Assembly (NCBI GenBank): GCA_964016885.1
Contig: OZ024742.1
Coordinates: forward strand, 117,862,001-117,926,000
DNA: 64,000 nt
Reading direction: 5' to 3'
DNA from: Eledone cirrhosa
Taxonomy: Eukaryota
In this document: in pieces, positions 12,487 to 24,749 of the stretch
Position numbering within the stretch: the stretch's first letter is position 1
Layout: each line of letters starts with the position of its first letter
Notes under the pieces: model-generated
Seen by the model: only the letters and a program-made list of their open reading frames with translations
The model's database searches: none
What the model was told of the DNA's origin: nothing
Made by a program: the position numbers and the translations under genes

Positions 12487-12573
12487 GTTCAACTATCTGG
12501 CAGATGGGTAAACGGTGCTGATGATAGCTAACAAGCTTGAAACTAGTACATCGTTCCTGTGTCAGTGTTGAAC
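12487..12573 (+). ncRNA. Type I hammerhead ribozyme, unit 2
   Basis: Same motif 468 nt downstream (CUGAUGA 12518-12524, GUA at 12548); one C>U change turns a G-C into a G-U pair. Confidence 0.85.
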
Positions 12574-12788
12574 AAAAAGGTGACGTGGTTGCCTTAACAC
12601 CGTATGGCATAAATTCAGGCTGTTCAGTTTGTTGACAAACGAACAAAGGAAGCGCTATAATAAGCGTCTGCTAAACTGATGCGTGCATATATGTATGTGT
12701 ACCTGCATGTATGTATATATATATATATATATACATGCTACTGTACGTCTGTATACATATATGTATGTACGTATACATACATACTTAC

Positions 12789-12852
<64 letters not shown>

Positions 12853-12888
12853 AAATAAAGATCCGAAGGCATGGTATAAATTTCCAAT

Positions 12889-12973
12889 CATTTTAATCAC
12901 GACACATGTTTCAATAAGATAGATCGATCGTGCAGCCATGATCGATTATCACTGATCTCGTCAGGTGAAAATG
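12889..12973 (-). ncRNA. Type I hammerhead ribozyme with long stem II, in a (TA)n-flanked element (12851-13165)
   Basis: Minus strand reads CAUUUUCAC-CUGACGA-[hairpin including AUCGAUC/GAUCGAU]-GAAAC-AUGU-GUC-GUGAUUAAAAUG. Confidence 0.75.
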
Positions 12974-13162
12974 AATTGTCTTCAAATCCTTGATATGAGG
13001 GAGAAATTAACGATGTTCACTCACAGAGTTTAGTCCCTCATACTCCGTTTTACATTATCTAGCTGTTCCCATAAATGGAATTGTAGATATACAAAAGCGT
13101 GGAGAACTTAATATTGCTAACAAAAATTTATTGGACCGTTTGACACAACCAATAATACACCT

Positions 13163-13194
<32 letters not shown>

Positions 13195-13198
<4 letters not shown>

Positions 13199-13914
13199 AA
13201 TGGCGAGCTGTGCTGCTGTAAATATGATATATATAATAAAGAATTAGAAATAGAAATAGAAGCCAGGACTATCCATCAAAGACAGGTCACAGCGAAGGGG
13301 AAAGCATATATGAATGAAAAATGGCGAGCTGTGTTGTTGCAAATGTGATATCTATATATATAAAAACAAGTCGGTCTGTGTGTGTGTGTCTGTCTGTATA
13401 CAAATACTAGGCTCCTTTTAACTTTTGAAGTACTAGGCCGATTTGCTTCAAGGAATGATATTTCTATGTCCAGTGGATGGTCAACGTGGTAGTGGCAACG
13501 CCATCTTACGCATAGGTTTTAGTCTACTGAAGGACATACGGTGCGTCTATTCCATCTTTATCCCCTTACTCATACCTACTACAGCAAGACCGGACCTGAA
13601 ATCATTCACGTCAATTAACTCAAGCTACCCCATGAATTGTTTTTATGTTGCCGTTTATTTCACTCAATCATGTCACTGTACACCCATTTTGTTAAACTTT
13701 TTTTTACAATTACATTTTAATTCTTTGCTCAGCCTTTGGCTCTCTTTATACGGACAAACAGGCTGTCATTCATTTCCCGAGCAACGCCGGGTACATCTGC
13801 TAGTATATTATAAAGAATTGGAAATGGGGGCCTGCACTCTCCATCATCAGTGGTCTACTAGCCATCATAGAGACCACTGATGATGGATAGTCCTGGCTTC
13901 TATTTCTAAATCTT

Positions 13915-13918
<4 letters not shown>
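13195..13918. repeat. (TA)n-flanked element with ~120 bp direct repeat and terminal inverted copy, interrupted by a Helitron
   Basis: gaaaaatggcgagctgtg at 13195 and 13315; 13880-13918 is inverted relative to ~13232-13278; hairpin ccatcatcagtggtc/gaccactgatgatgg. Confidence 0.65.
13351..13803 (+). mobile_element. Non-autonomous Helitron
   Basis: A|TC start, subterminal hairpin CCCGAGCAACGCCGGG, CTAG|T end, no TSD; removing it restores the flanking repeat unit; degenerate Pif1-like ...FYVA remnant. Confidence 0.85.
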
Positions 13919-13963
<45 letters not shown>

Positions 13964-13964
13964 T

Positions 13965-14587
13965 AAAAACATGAGAAGAAAGAAGAATACTGCGTCGTTT
14001 GCACATGGGTTACATATGATAAAAATAGTCCTTCGTCAGTGATTTTCCAACCATCATTGGTATTTCATCGCATTAAAAATCAGATACCTCAGGTTGGTGC
14101 GAGCAATAATCTAAAAAAAGTTATTGGGACCAGTAATCGCGTAAAGCGAGGGGGAAAGTGAACAACGTAGAAGGATAAAAACAAACCAAAGAAAGGAAAT
14201 AAACAAGCAACATGGTAGTCCTGGTCAGCATAAGCTCGGTGGATTTCATGAGCGAAAGGAACAGACGTCCGACGTGAGTGAGATGTAAGCAAGAAGAGGC
14301 CCACTGTTAGCCAAACGAGAGGAAGTGAGAAGGGGAGAAACAGAGAGTGAGTGAGTGGAAGTGCGAGGAAGTGGTCAGTCGAGAGAAAGTGTAACTGACA
14401 GAGGGGGCGAAAGAAGGTGAGAGAAACAGAGAGAGCGGGGAAGCAGTAAGAGAGAAACAGACAAACGCAGCCGAGGTAAATATATATAAAAAACATGAGA
14501 AGAAAGAAGATTACTGCGTGGTTTGCACATGGGTTACATATGATAAAAATAGTCCTTCGTCAGTGATTTTCCAACCATCATTGGTAT
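13965..14587 (-). repeat. Element with 99-bp terminal direct repeats (period 524 bp) in (TA)n
   Basis: 13965-14063 and 14489-14587 are near-identical; each has CTGACGA on the minus strand. Confidence 0.7.
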
Positions 14588-14924
14588 ATATATATTTATA
14601 TATATATATATATATACCGTATATAACATAGAATTGCATGTAAAATATGTTTAGATATTAATTTTCAAAATTATGAAAGAAACAAATGCACCCTCCGTTA
14701 AAGAATATGAATGCGCAAGGTTTTGTCTTGTTTTTATAGAGATTGGATTATACGCTTCGAAATCGATACTGATGCATTGCTGGAACATACTTTGTCGGTC
14801 TGGGAGAAACAAAAGGGGAAATAGATCCCAACTTATAAGGTAATTGGATGTTAATTAATACAGGAAGACTGCTAGTGAAACAATCTACTCTTTCTGATAT
14901 TCGTTCATGTAATTACGTATTAAT

Positions 14925-15117
14925 ATAATTGTTTCTACTTTGGACACAAGGCCAGCAATTATCCCAGTGCATTACTGATACTTTATTTTATCGACCCCGT
15001 AAGGATGAAAGGCAAAGTTAACCTCGGCGGGATTTGAACTCAGACCGTAAAGGGACGTAACTCTATACCGGAAAACATGCTGTCCGACCATCTACCGATA
15101 CTGCCAGCCCACCGTCC
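14925..15117 (-). mobile_element. Meta-type tRNA-derived SINE
   Basis: Reverse complement of the 11078-11270 family. Confidence 0.9.
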
Positions 15118-15388
15118 ATTAGCCAATCGACCGCCCATTATACGTATATTAATAAAATGAGCTTCTCTGTTGGTTGATGTTCTAGCATAGGTTGTTTCGC
15201 GGTTATATATATTTTTTTCATTGTGTCAGCCTTGTTACACATGTAATTGGTTAAATGCTTTTCAAGCCTTTCACATACGCTTCACATTATTTTATTTATG
15301 TAAGTTGGTCCTTCCAGATACTTTATACGACAAAACATCTATATATTTGCAGTTCCTAAGAGGGGTTGCTACACAAATCATGCAATTC

Positions 15389-17343
15389 TTCTTCTTCTTC
15401 TTCTTCTTCTTCTTCTTCTTCTTCTTCTTCTTCTTCTTCTTCTTCTTCTTCTTCTTCTTCTTCTTCTTCGCCCACTTATCCCCAAGAGGCTCGTGGAGGC
15501 AGAGTCCTCAAACACTCCTTCCAGCCGGTCCTGTCTGAAGCAATCCCCTCCAACTGATCCCGTTGGATCCCCAAGCGAGACCAGCCAAGTTCATGGATGT
15601 TATCCAACCATATTGCTCGGGGTCTACACCTGAGTCTCTTACCGGTTAGTTTGCTCGTAAAATCTGTCCAGTGATTCTTTCCTGAGACATTCTAACCACA
15701 TGTCCATAGTATCGGAGTTAAGATTTCTCAATTCAGAGAAGTAGCGATTCTACGTGAAGAGATTCACTGATCTCCGAGCTACGCACTTTATCGAGTAACG
15801 TTACTTCAAACGCCCCTCGAAAGAACCCCAATTCGGCCTCTTCTATTGGCGATCGTATTCTTTCGGTCATTATCCAAGATTCATAACCACAGGTAAAGGT
15901 TGGCCTGAATACCGAATTAAAGACAGCGAGTCTGGATTTTACGCCTACCTCTCTTTTTCTCATTAATGAATGCTGAAACTGACGCATTACTGCACCAGTT
16001 CCTGCAATTCTTGTACCTAATTCAGCCCCCCGCGTGAACATAACCCAGAGATACTTGAACTTCTCTACAAGCTTCAGTGGAATTACATTCACATGTAGAT
16101 TGCACTGCGGAGGCTTCCTTGAGAGGATGAGTGTCTCAGGTTTTACAGCACTGATTTTTATTCCAGCCTTGCAGCACTGGTCATCAAACCTATCAAGTGC
16201 ACGTCGGAGAACACCTTCTGTCGAGTTAAGTAATACCATATCGTCTGCAAACTCCAGCCGACTGATTTTACACGTGTCAGTCACGATACCTCTTCGAACT
16301 CGGCTGGACATGTCAATCCTGATCATGTAAATAATTGTTTCTACTTTTGGCACAAGGCCAGCAATTACCCAGTGCATTACTGGTACTTTATTTTATCGAC
16401 CCCGTAAGGATGAAAGGCAAAGTTAACCTCGGCGGGATTTGAACTCAGAATAGAAAGGGGCGTAACTCTATGCTTCAAAGCATGGCGTCCGACCTTCTAC
16501 TGATACTGCCAATCCTGTAAATAATGACCAGGAGAAGTGAGAGTACGCATCATTGGCGGAGTCCTATTCTGACATTGAATGGTTTCGATTTAGCACCATT
16601 TATCCGAAAACAAATACTTGGGCATTCGTATAGAGACATCGGGGCAGCAAGAAACTGACCATCGATCCCATCCTGCTGAACCTTCCACAGCAGGTCCCGA
16701 GGAACGCGCTCATATGCCTTTTCAAGGTCTACAAAACAAGAATATTTTCTTGGCAATACTCTCACGATTTCCCGAAGACCTGATGCAGTGTGAATATTTG
16801 GTCAGTTGTGCAGCGTCCGGAACGAACACGACACTGTTCATCAGCTAGCTTGGACTCAAGAATCTCCCTGCATCTCTTTGCCAGCCACTTAATATAGACT
16901 TTACTGGGGAGGCTTAACAAGGAGATCCCTCTGTAATTGGAACAATATCTCTTGTCTCCCCTTTTGAAAATTGGGATTATCACTCCCGATTGCCGTTGCT
17001 TAGGTGCCGTTCCAGAGATCCACGCCTCTTGTCACACACGAATCAGAGAGAGAATACCTTCTCTAATTAAGACTTTTACATCTAGTTATCTTCAGCTTGA
17101 GCCTACCTAAAGCTAAAGAAGCCCCCAAAACTGGTAGGAGGACCCCTTGGTTCAATCAAGAAGTCAAAGATGCTATTCGAGCAAAGGAGGGGGCTTACAA
17201 ATCTTAGCTTGGAGATAAGTCCTCCTTCTTGCACTTGCGGTACAAACAGGCACGAAGAATCGCAGTAGAGGCAGTAAAAGTTAACACGTAGGAGGACTTT
17301 GGGGTTAAGCTGTGATCCGATTTCAGATCAGAAAGAAAATAAA
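15389..17343 (-). mobile_element. RTE-clade LINE, 5'-truncated with 5' inversion (~17104-17332 on +) and (AAG)n tail
   Basis: NYRGISLLS, FVDLEKAYE, GLRQ.C.LS, FADD and FKYL; (TTC)n 15387-15469; TSD ATGCAATTC at 15380-15388 and 17344-17352. Confidence 0.9.
16336..16515 (-). mobile_element. Meta-type SINE nested in the RTE RT
   Basis: TSD tgtaaataat at 16326-16335 and 16516-16525; the RT frame resumes on both sides. Confidence 0.92.
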
Positions 17344-18239
17344 ATGCAATTCGTTTTGTAGATATATTTATAAAAGAGAACTTATTATTCATTTAGCGAA
17401 TTTCCTGAACATATTAGATATTTCGATATTGGCCATGGAAGGCGACTACAAACATTACATTATTGAGTTTAGTGCTATCGAATCATGTACTAAAATTATT
17501 ACCTCAAACCGCTTTATTCTAAAATTAGTTACGGTATAGAGAGCCTGTTCCATCTGAATCATACTTTACTATGTTTTGGAACTACATTCCGTTGGTTAGC
17601 TGGTTCTGTTTTCTATATCTCGTAGTACATAAATTTCATTAGAAAGTGATGAATTCATCACTGCATTCGTTTTTCTATTTTTGCTATTCAGCTACAGCCT
17701 TGTGAATTAAAAAAAAATTAAATAGGTGAGTTAGTTTCTGATCTGTATGTAGGCAACTGCATTTATTGACCTGTTTGTTCATATACGTGCCGGCACGTAT
17801 GTGTCTCTATCTGTTAGAAATGCAGCTTGAAATAATTCATATCATCAAAATCACGTGAAATAAAATCAATTTGTCCAATTAAAAGACTTGCAGCAGTGGT
17901 CCGATGATAACTCTATGTTCACAATCAGAAGCACTTGAGATTGGCGCACGATCTTCAAGCTTAATTGATCGGATAGATAAAAGAGAATTGTTGTAGTGGC
18001 GACAGTATCGTTGTTAGTAGTTGTGATAGTTGAGTAGTAATAAGGAAAAGTCGCGTGCAAAGACACCAGTTTACACAGTAATAAAAACTGAAGAGCAACC
18101 TTGTTGTTAAGTGAGAGCAGGTGACTTATAACATACCAGGTCTCACGTGTTAAGGTGGATGAGAAATAATGTGACAAATAAGAAATAAGACAAATTCTGC
18201 TAATATATATAACGAGGCGTCCTTACGGGTTTTCTCGAC

Positions 18240-18462
18240 CTACTATAAATAACAGTCATGCCCCATTCAACTACACCCAACGTCTTAAAGAAATGAAGAT
18301 CACATTACATAATGTAACATATTACATAATATAACATATTACAAAATATAACCATAGATATACAAAATAATATAGAACGGACGGATCATGACTAGAATTT
18401 CTTCTTGATCATCGGTCTGCTAGTTAACAGATGACTTGAGGCTAGCTATCAACAATAACAAC
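18240..18462 (+). mobile_element. Degenerate 3' part of a SINE with (AAC)n tail
   Basis: ...ttgatcatcggtctgctagttaacagatgacttgaggctagctatcaacaataacaac resembles cephalopod SINE tails (recognition from memory). Confidence 0.4.
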
Positions 18463-18514
18463 CTATCTAGCAATCAATCTGTCATTCAGTCAATCAATGT
18501 ATCTATCTATCTAC

Positions 18515-18555
<41 letters not shown>

Positions 18556-18557
18556 CA

Positions 18558-18612
<55 letters not shown>

Positions 18613-18685
18613 CTATCTGTCAGTCTGTCTGTCTATCTGTCTGTCTATTTATCTATTTATCTATCTATCTATCAATCTATCTATG

Positions 18686-18764
<79 letters not shown>

Positions 18765-18822
18765 ACATCAATCAACCAATCAATCAATCAATCGACCAAT
18801 CAATCAATCTATCTATCTATAT
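18463..18822. repeat. Compound (TCTA)n/(TA)n/(TCAA)n microsatellite
   Basis: Directly visible. Confidence 0.95.
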
Positions 18823-19943
18823 ACCTCACCAACATGGAACGCATGCTCTTCCAGTTCCTGTGGAAGAAGCAGGCTCCACTGGTGAGGAGATCCGTCTGCT
18901 GTCAACACCCTTCCAACGGAGGGCTGGGCATGCCGTGACTAATGATGCGCAAACATGCGCTGAGGCTACGGCATCTTCAGGTATTCCTCACCGACCAACC
19001 GGTGTGGGCACCGTTTGTGAGACAGGCCTTCCCACAACTTGTCTCGCTGACGGAGCTGCAGTCCTGGGTCAAGCGAATACCGAACAAGATGGGCGCCTGG
19101 CACATTGAATGCGCTCAAGCACTCACAGTCCCCTGTCAAGCGGGCACAGCAATCAGTGGAGACACCACTTCGACATTCTATAGAGAGTTAGTACTTTACA
19201 AGTGCGACGACGTGCTCGGGGATACTCTAGGCGTCGAAGACGACGAGCTCACCAGTCTGTTCGGTAGGACATTCCGCCCGGGACCTATGGACAACTTCCA
19301 GAGGTCCTTGGCCTGGCAGTGCTACCGAGGAGCTCTACCCGTTCGAGATAAGATCTACAGGCACGGATGCCCCGGCAGGGATCCTTCCAAGAGGACGTGT
19401 CCAAGATGCGAGCAGGACATTGAAACCGTCTTGCACGCAATTGTACACTGCCCGGGCGTAAGCGACCTGTGGAACTATGCAGAACAACTGCTGTCGCGTA
19501 TGGGACAAATCCAGTTGACTGCCGAGTCCATAGTAAGGATCAAATCGCCAGCCTCTTTCAAAAACGAAAGAGAGGCGGTTTTCCTCTGTACAGTGGCTAT
19601 GGTGAAAGAGGTTATATGGTGGACGAGATTGAGAGGACTGAGGACAGATGCCTTCTCTCCGGACAACAATTGATTCCCTTCTTTAAGTATCACTTTAGAA
19701 GAAGAATCAGAGTGGAGCGAAATGCACTGCACCCCAGTAAATTTAGTGAAAGGTGGGTGAATGAAGCGAAAATGGCCCGAGTGATTGGGCGTTCTCTCTA
19801 TATAAACCTGTAGAGAGCAAAAGGAAGAAGGGAGCACTTGCACAACACGCTCCTGAAGTTGAGGGTTGTTCTATCGACGGGGTATTAAACAACCCATTTG
19901 TGGCGTCTCCCCCCTATTGGGGATTTCGATTGTTATAATTGTT

Positions 19944-20000
<57 letters not shown>

Positions 20001-20082
20001 ACACGACTGTATGTAAAATCCAGGGCATGTGTCTTTGTATTGTCCCCTTTTCTTGTACGCCCTTGTAGCAAATAAAGAAAGA
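18823..20082 (+). mobile_element. 5'-truncated Tx1-like LINE 3' end
   Basis: MMRKHALRLRHLQVFL matches 29500-29780; CPRC...ETVLHAIVHC zinc finger; 3'UTR with AATAAA at 20071; atctatcta on both sides. Confidence 0.9.
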
Positions 20083-20252
20083 TATCTATCTACCATTAAC
20101 ACACGTGTAATGTAAATATAAAAATATATATATATATTTACAAATTCTGCTAAAAACTAAGAAACACACACACACTTATATATACACATACACACGCGCG
20201 CGCACATGAATAAAGTCACTTACATATAAGAATGTATGTGAGCAAGGCATTC

Positions 20253-20298
<46 letters not shown>

Positions 20299-20435
20299 AC
20301 AGAGAGATTATTAGGAAGATATATATAATATACACACACACACAAAAACCGGTAATCAAAATAAAATTATTTCTACAAGTAATTTGAAATATTTTGTTTT
20401 AAATGTCAACATCTCAGTCGTGTTAATTAAAAAAT

Positions 20436-20675
<240 letters not shown>

Positions 20676-21339
20676 TTCTGATTGTGTGTTCTTTAATGTA
20701 GCAAATTCAGTTCATTGCTGTACAAATAGATTTTCACTAAAGTACTTTTAACTTCTAGATATTTCTTGCACTGGAGCCATTCGAAACGGAAGGATGTGTT
20801 TTTTTCTTATAAAAATCAATATAGAAAAGTCAATTACAGCAATGAATAGAAAAAAGGTAATATAAAGGGACGTTCCGGTGCACAAACCAACAGACACTTA
20901 AGAAAACAGACTAAATGAAACACATATATACACAAATTACGATGGGTGCACGAACACATTCTAAATATTCGATCTCATACAAAGAATACATAGACACATA
21001 CACAAACATACATAAACACACGCACGCACACCCTCCACGTAAACACACGCGTAAAAGTGAACGTGCATGCACAAACGAATTGACCAGGGTGGACCTATGG
21101 TTGAATAACAACAGCTAAATTTTCATCGAGACATTAAGGGAACCTACCAGTAATAACAACCAAATCACACACTGACATTTAAAGCAAAGGACATATTGGT
21201 TAATGTCGTCTTTACACACATTATACTTGAAAATGATCAAGGCTATAATGCCTTTGATCAATCAGTATTGAATCTTTTTAATAGCTTTCTCTGGAGAAAG
21301 TGGTTGTTTCCGTGAACAACATAAGCCCACCAAGACCTG

Positions 21340-22968
21340 TGACCCGGAAAAAATCCAGCAACAGTTGGAAGATGCCAGCATACATCACGTCTACAAAAGG
21401 AAAAACAACCACCAGTCATGCGACAGTCACTGAGGCATCTCCCTCTTGTCTATAGCCGGGAAGATCTTAGTCTGCGTTCTTATTGATTATATTCTCCAAC
21501 ACCGCGAGCAAGGTCTCTTCTCAGAAGGCCAGCCTTGCTTCCCTGCACAGCGTTGCATTGCTATGATATTTGCCGCACGCCAACTCCAGGAAAAACGCCA
21601 GGTGCAGCACATGACCAAATCGTTTGATACTGTCAGCAAAGATGGCCTATGAAAAATAATGGAAACGTTTGGCTGCCCTAGCAGATTCAACGCGGTTGTT
21701 CAGCATTTCCATAAATAGTATGATGGGGTGATGCTTTTGAATGATAGTGCCAAGTCAGAAGCCTCCACAGTGACTAACGGTATGAAGCAGGGTTGCGTTC
21801 TCGCTACTACACTTTTCAGTATGCTCTTTTCTGCTATGCTGCACGATGCTTTCAACGATTGCCAGGATGGCATACATATCCAATACAGGACTGATGGTAG
21901 GATATTTAACCTCCTGCGTCTGCAATCACCCACAATCGTAAAAGAGACCATCATAAGAGACTTCTTATTCGCTGATGACTGTGCTCTCAATGCTGGCACA
22001 CAGATTAAAATGCATCAAGAAATTGATAGCTTTTCACAGGCCTGTGATAATTTTAGACTCAAAATCGACATCAATAAACCTGAAGTTATGTACCTGCTTC
22101 CTCCTAGAAAGCCCTACAATGAACCACACATGACAGTGAAGGGACAGAAGCTACAAGCTGCTTCTTTTATCTGGGAAGTAACCTTTCGTGAGAGGCAAAC
22201 ATAGATAGAGAGGTTAGCAATAGAACTGCCAAAACCAGTGCCACCACTGGGAGACTCCGCTAGAATGTATGGGAGTGGAAAGAACTCATCCACACTTCAA
22301 AGCTCCAAACCTACCGGGCAATGGTGCTCATCACCCTTCTCTACACCTGTTAAACTTGGACTGTCTACAGCAGACATACTAAGTTCCATCTGAGCTGCCT
22401 CCGCACACTTTTTCATAAATGGTGGCAGGACATAATCCCAGACTCGGAAGCCCTGAGATGGGCACCCATAGTGTCCACACCCTCCTAGAGAAAGCCCAAG
22501 TCAGATAGACAGCTCAGGTTATCTGGACGTCTGACAGCTACTGTATGGATAGACAGGTCAGGTTATCTGGACGCCGAAACAGCTACTGTGCGGAGTGCTG
22601 AGGCAGGGAAAGCACTGTCGGTGGACAGAAGAAACGTTACAAAGACAATGTTAAAGGGTCCCTCAAAAACCTCAACAACACAGTAGTTGGGAATCACATG
22701 CCCTGGAACGCCCAAACTGGTGAAGCAAGATCTTTGATGGAGAATGTACAGCAGAAAACAGACGCATTGCTGACACTCAGAGGAAACGCTCTGCGCGCAA
22801 AGAACGCGTAACATCCACTTCCACTGCAGTACCTACCTATATGTGCTCTACACGTAGGCGTAGGTTCCGGGCCGGGATTGACCTTATCAGTCACGTCCGG
22901 ACCCCCACCAAAAATCCTTCACCCAACATTGAAGTCGTGGTCATCTTGAATTCCGAAGGACGAACAAC
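21340..22968 (+). mobile_element. Degenerate RTE (BovB-like) LINE
   Basis: KSFDTV, GMKQGCVLATTLF, YRTDGRIFNL and FLFADDCAL; C-terminal ...RAGIDLISHVRT and short 3'UTR. Confidence 0.88.
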
Positions 22969-23189
22969 ATGCGTGTGTATGTGTTTGTGTGTGTGTGTAT
23001 GTGCGTGCGTGTGTGTGCGTGTGTGTGTGTGTGCGCGCGCGCGTGTGTGTGTTTGTGCGTGTGCGCGCGTGCATGTCTGTATGTATATATGTATTTTTTT
23101 GTGGGGCGAGAGACTCCTAGTCTTCATTAAGACATCTCCCTAGATAGAAGGTCACTCTGATATAAAACCTGCGACTTCTTTTGCATCTA

Positions 23190-23400
23190 ATGACGTAGAC
23201 CAGTTCTTCTTTTTGGGCAAATGCATTCGATGTTCAGAGAGTGGAATTGGCCACGTGAAAAGCCTTTCTACACTTAAAAAAGCTTCAAGTACAGGCATCG
23301 CTTGATATGTGACATCTTTTGCGATGCACGGTATTGCTGGCCATGGGTAGGTCCCTAGCAGGACTAAAAAGCCACATCCATGATGCTCATGCTTAAGTAT
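23190..23400 (-). pseudogene. Degenerate hAT transposase C-terminal dimerisation fragment
   Basis: WPAIPCIAKDV...SVERLFT...LSEHRMHL resembles hATC P.L..lA.d.L.iP.....ER.FS....R..L. Confidence 0.5.
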
Positions 23401-23689
23401 CAAGCGGTGGCATTACACGAAATCGAGTTGCAGTCATTATCATGTATGTATTTATGCGTATATGTGTGTGTGAGTATTCGTTATTAGTACTTGAATCGTT
23501 ATTTTAAAACTTTTTATTAAACCAAAACGTGCTTCAATAAGGGGTCTGAAGCGTTGGCATGATCGAATCAGAAGACTTCTGTTAATACTGAATATTGTGC
23601 TAGTGAGCAATGAGGCCATGTGTCTGGAAGAGCAGGGTCATGGAGTTTGTCACGCATCCATGCTTGTGTCGTTCTTGTATTATAAGAGA

Positions 23690-24749
23690 GAGCGGAGTCT
23701 TGGAAGACGAACGGTATCTGTTGCTTACCCTGTCTATCCAGGGAAAAACTCGCAGATCCAGGGTGACCTACAAGATAAGATGGGAAGCATTAGTGGATAA
23801 GGAAGTCAGGACCAGGTTAGCAGATGCTATTTAATCCAAATTCAGAGAACTCTCTGAGCAAACTGAGGACCTGGAGACAGAGTGGAGATTGTTCAAGTCA
23901 GCAGTTTCTGCTTCAGCTTTTACATGCTGAATCCGAGGCTTGGTGTGATGCCGGACAGAGGACATTTTGGTTCAATCAAAGGTGCCACCCGAGCAAATAA
24001 GGAGGCCTACAAAGCTTTGCTTGAAAATGAGTCCTCCTTGCTCTTACGGTACAAGCAGGCTGGAAGAATCGCAGCAGACACAGTAAAGGCGTCCAGAGTT
24101 AAGATAAGGGAGGACTTTGGGGTTAAGCTGGAATCCGACATCAGGTCAGCAAATAAAGTGTTCTGGTAGACCATCCGCCGACTTCGTAATAAGAAGTCCT
24201 TCTCCAAACCTGCTATCAGGGATGCGTCTGGTTTCTTCTCTCTTCACAGAGGAACATTCTCGCTACGCGGAGAGAATACTTTGCTGATCTCCTAAACTTG
24301 ATCACAAAACATCTTCTGATGTACATAATGTGCATCTGGGAGCGGTGAATCTTGGATAATAACCGAAAGAATACGATCGCGAATACAAGCCGCCGAAACG
24401 GGTTTCCCCGAAGGGCCTTTTAAATATCGTTATGAAGTGCGTAACTCGGAGATCAGTGAACCACTCTACGTAGAATCGCCAATTCTGCGAATCTATGGAT
24501 ACTATGGATATGTGATTATCCGATACTATGGATATGTGATTAGAATGCGTCAGAACAGAATCTCTGTTCAGATTTTTCGAGCTAAACCAACCGGCACGAG
24601 GACGAGGACGAAGAAGAAGAAGAAGAAGAAGAAGAAGAAGAAGAAGAAGAAGAAGAAGAAGAAGAAGAAGAAGAAGAAGAAGAAGAAGAAGAAGAAGAAG
24701 AAGAAGAAGAAGAAGAAGAAGAAGAAGAAGAAGAAGAAGAAGAAGAAGA
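23690..24749 (+). mobile_element. Internally deleted RTE (same family as 15389-17343) with (AAG)n tail
   Basis: EDFGVKLESDIRSANKVFW matches 17290-17332; 3' part matches the reverse of 15650-15880; (GAA)n 24610-24749. Confidence 0.8.

Larger units (their letters stand above)
11681..12792 (+). mobile_element. Non-coding 468-bp tandem repeat with hammerheads and an inverted 5' partial copy (retrozyme/PLE-derived candidate)
   Basis: Units start at 11800, 12268 and 12734 (third partial, to 12792); 11681-11762 is the reverse complement of 11843-11924; (TA)n on both sides. Confidence 0.85.
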
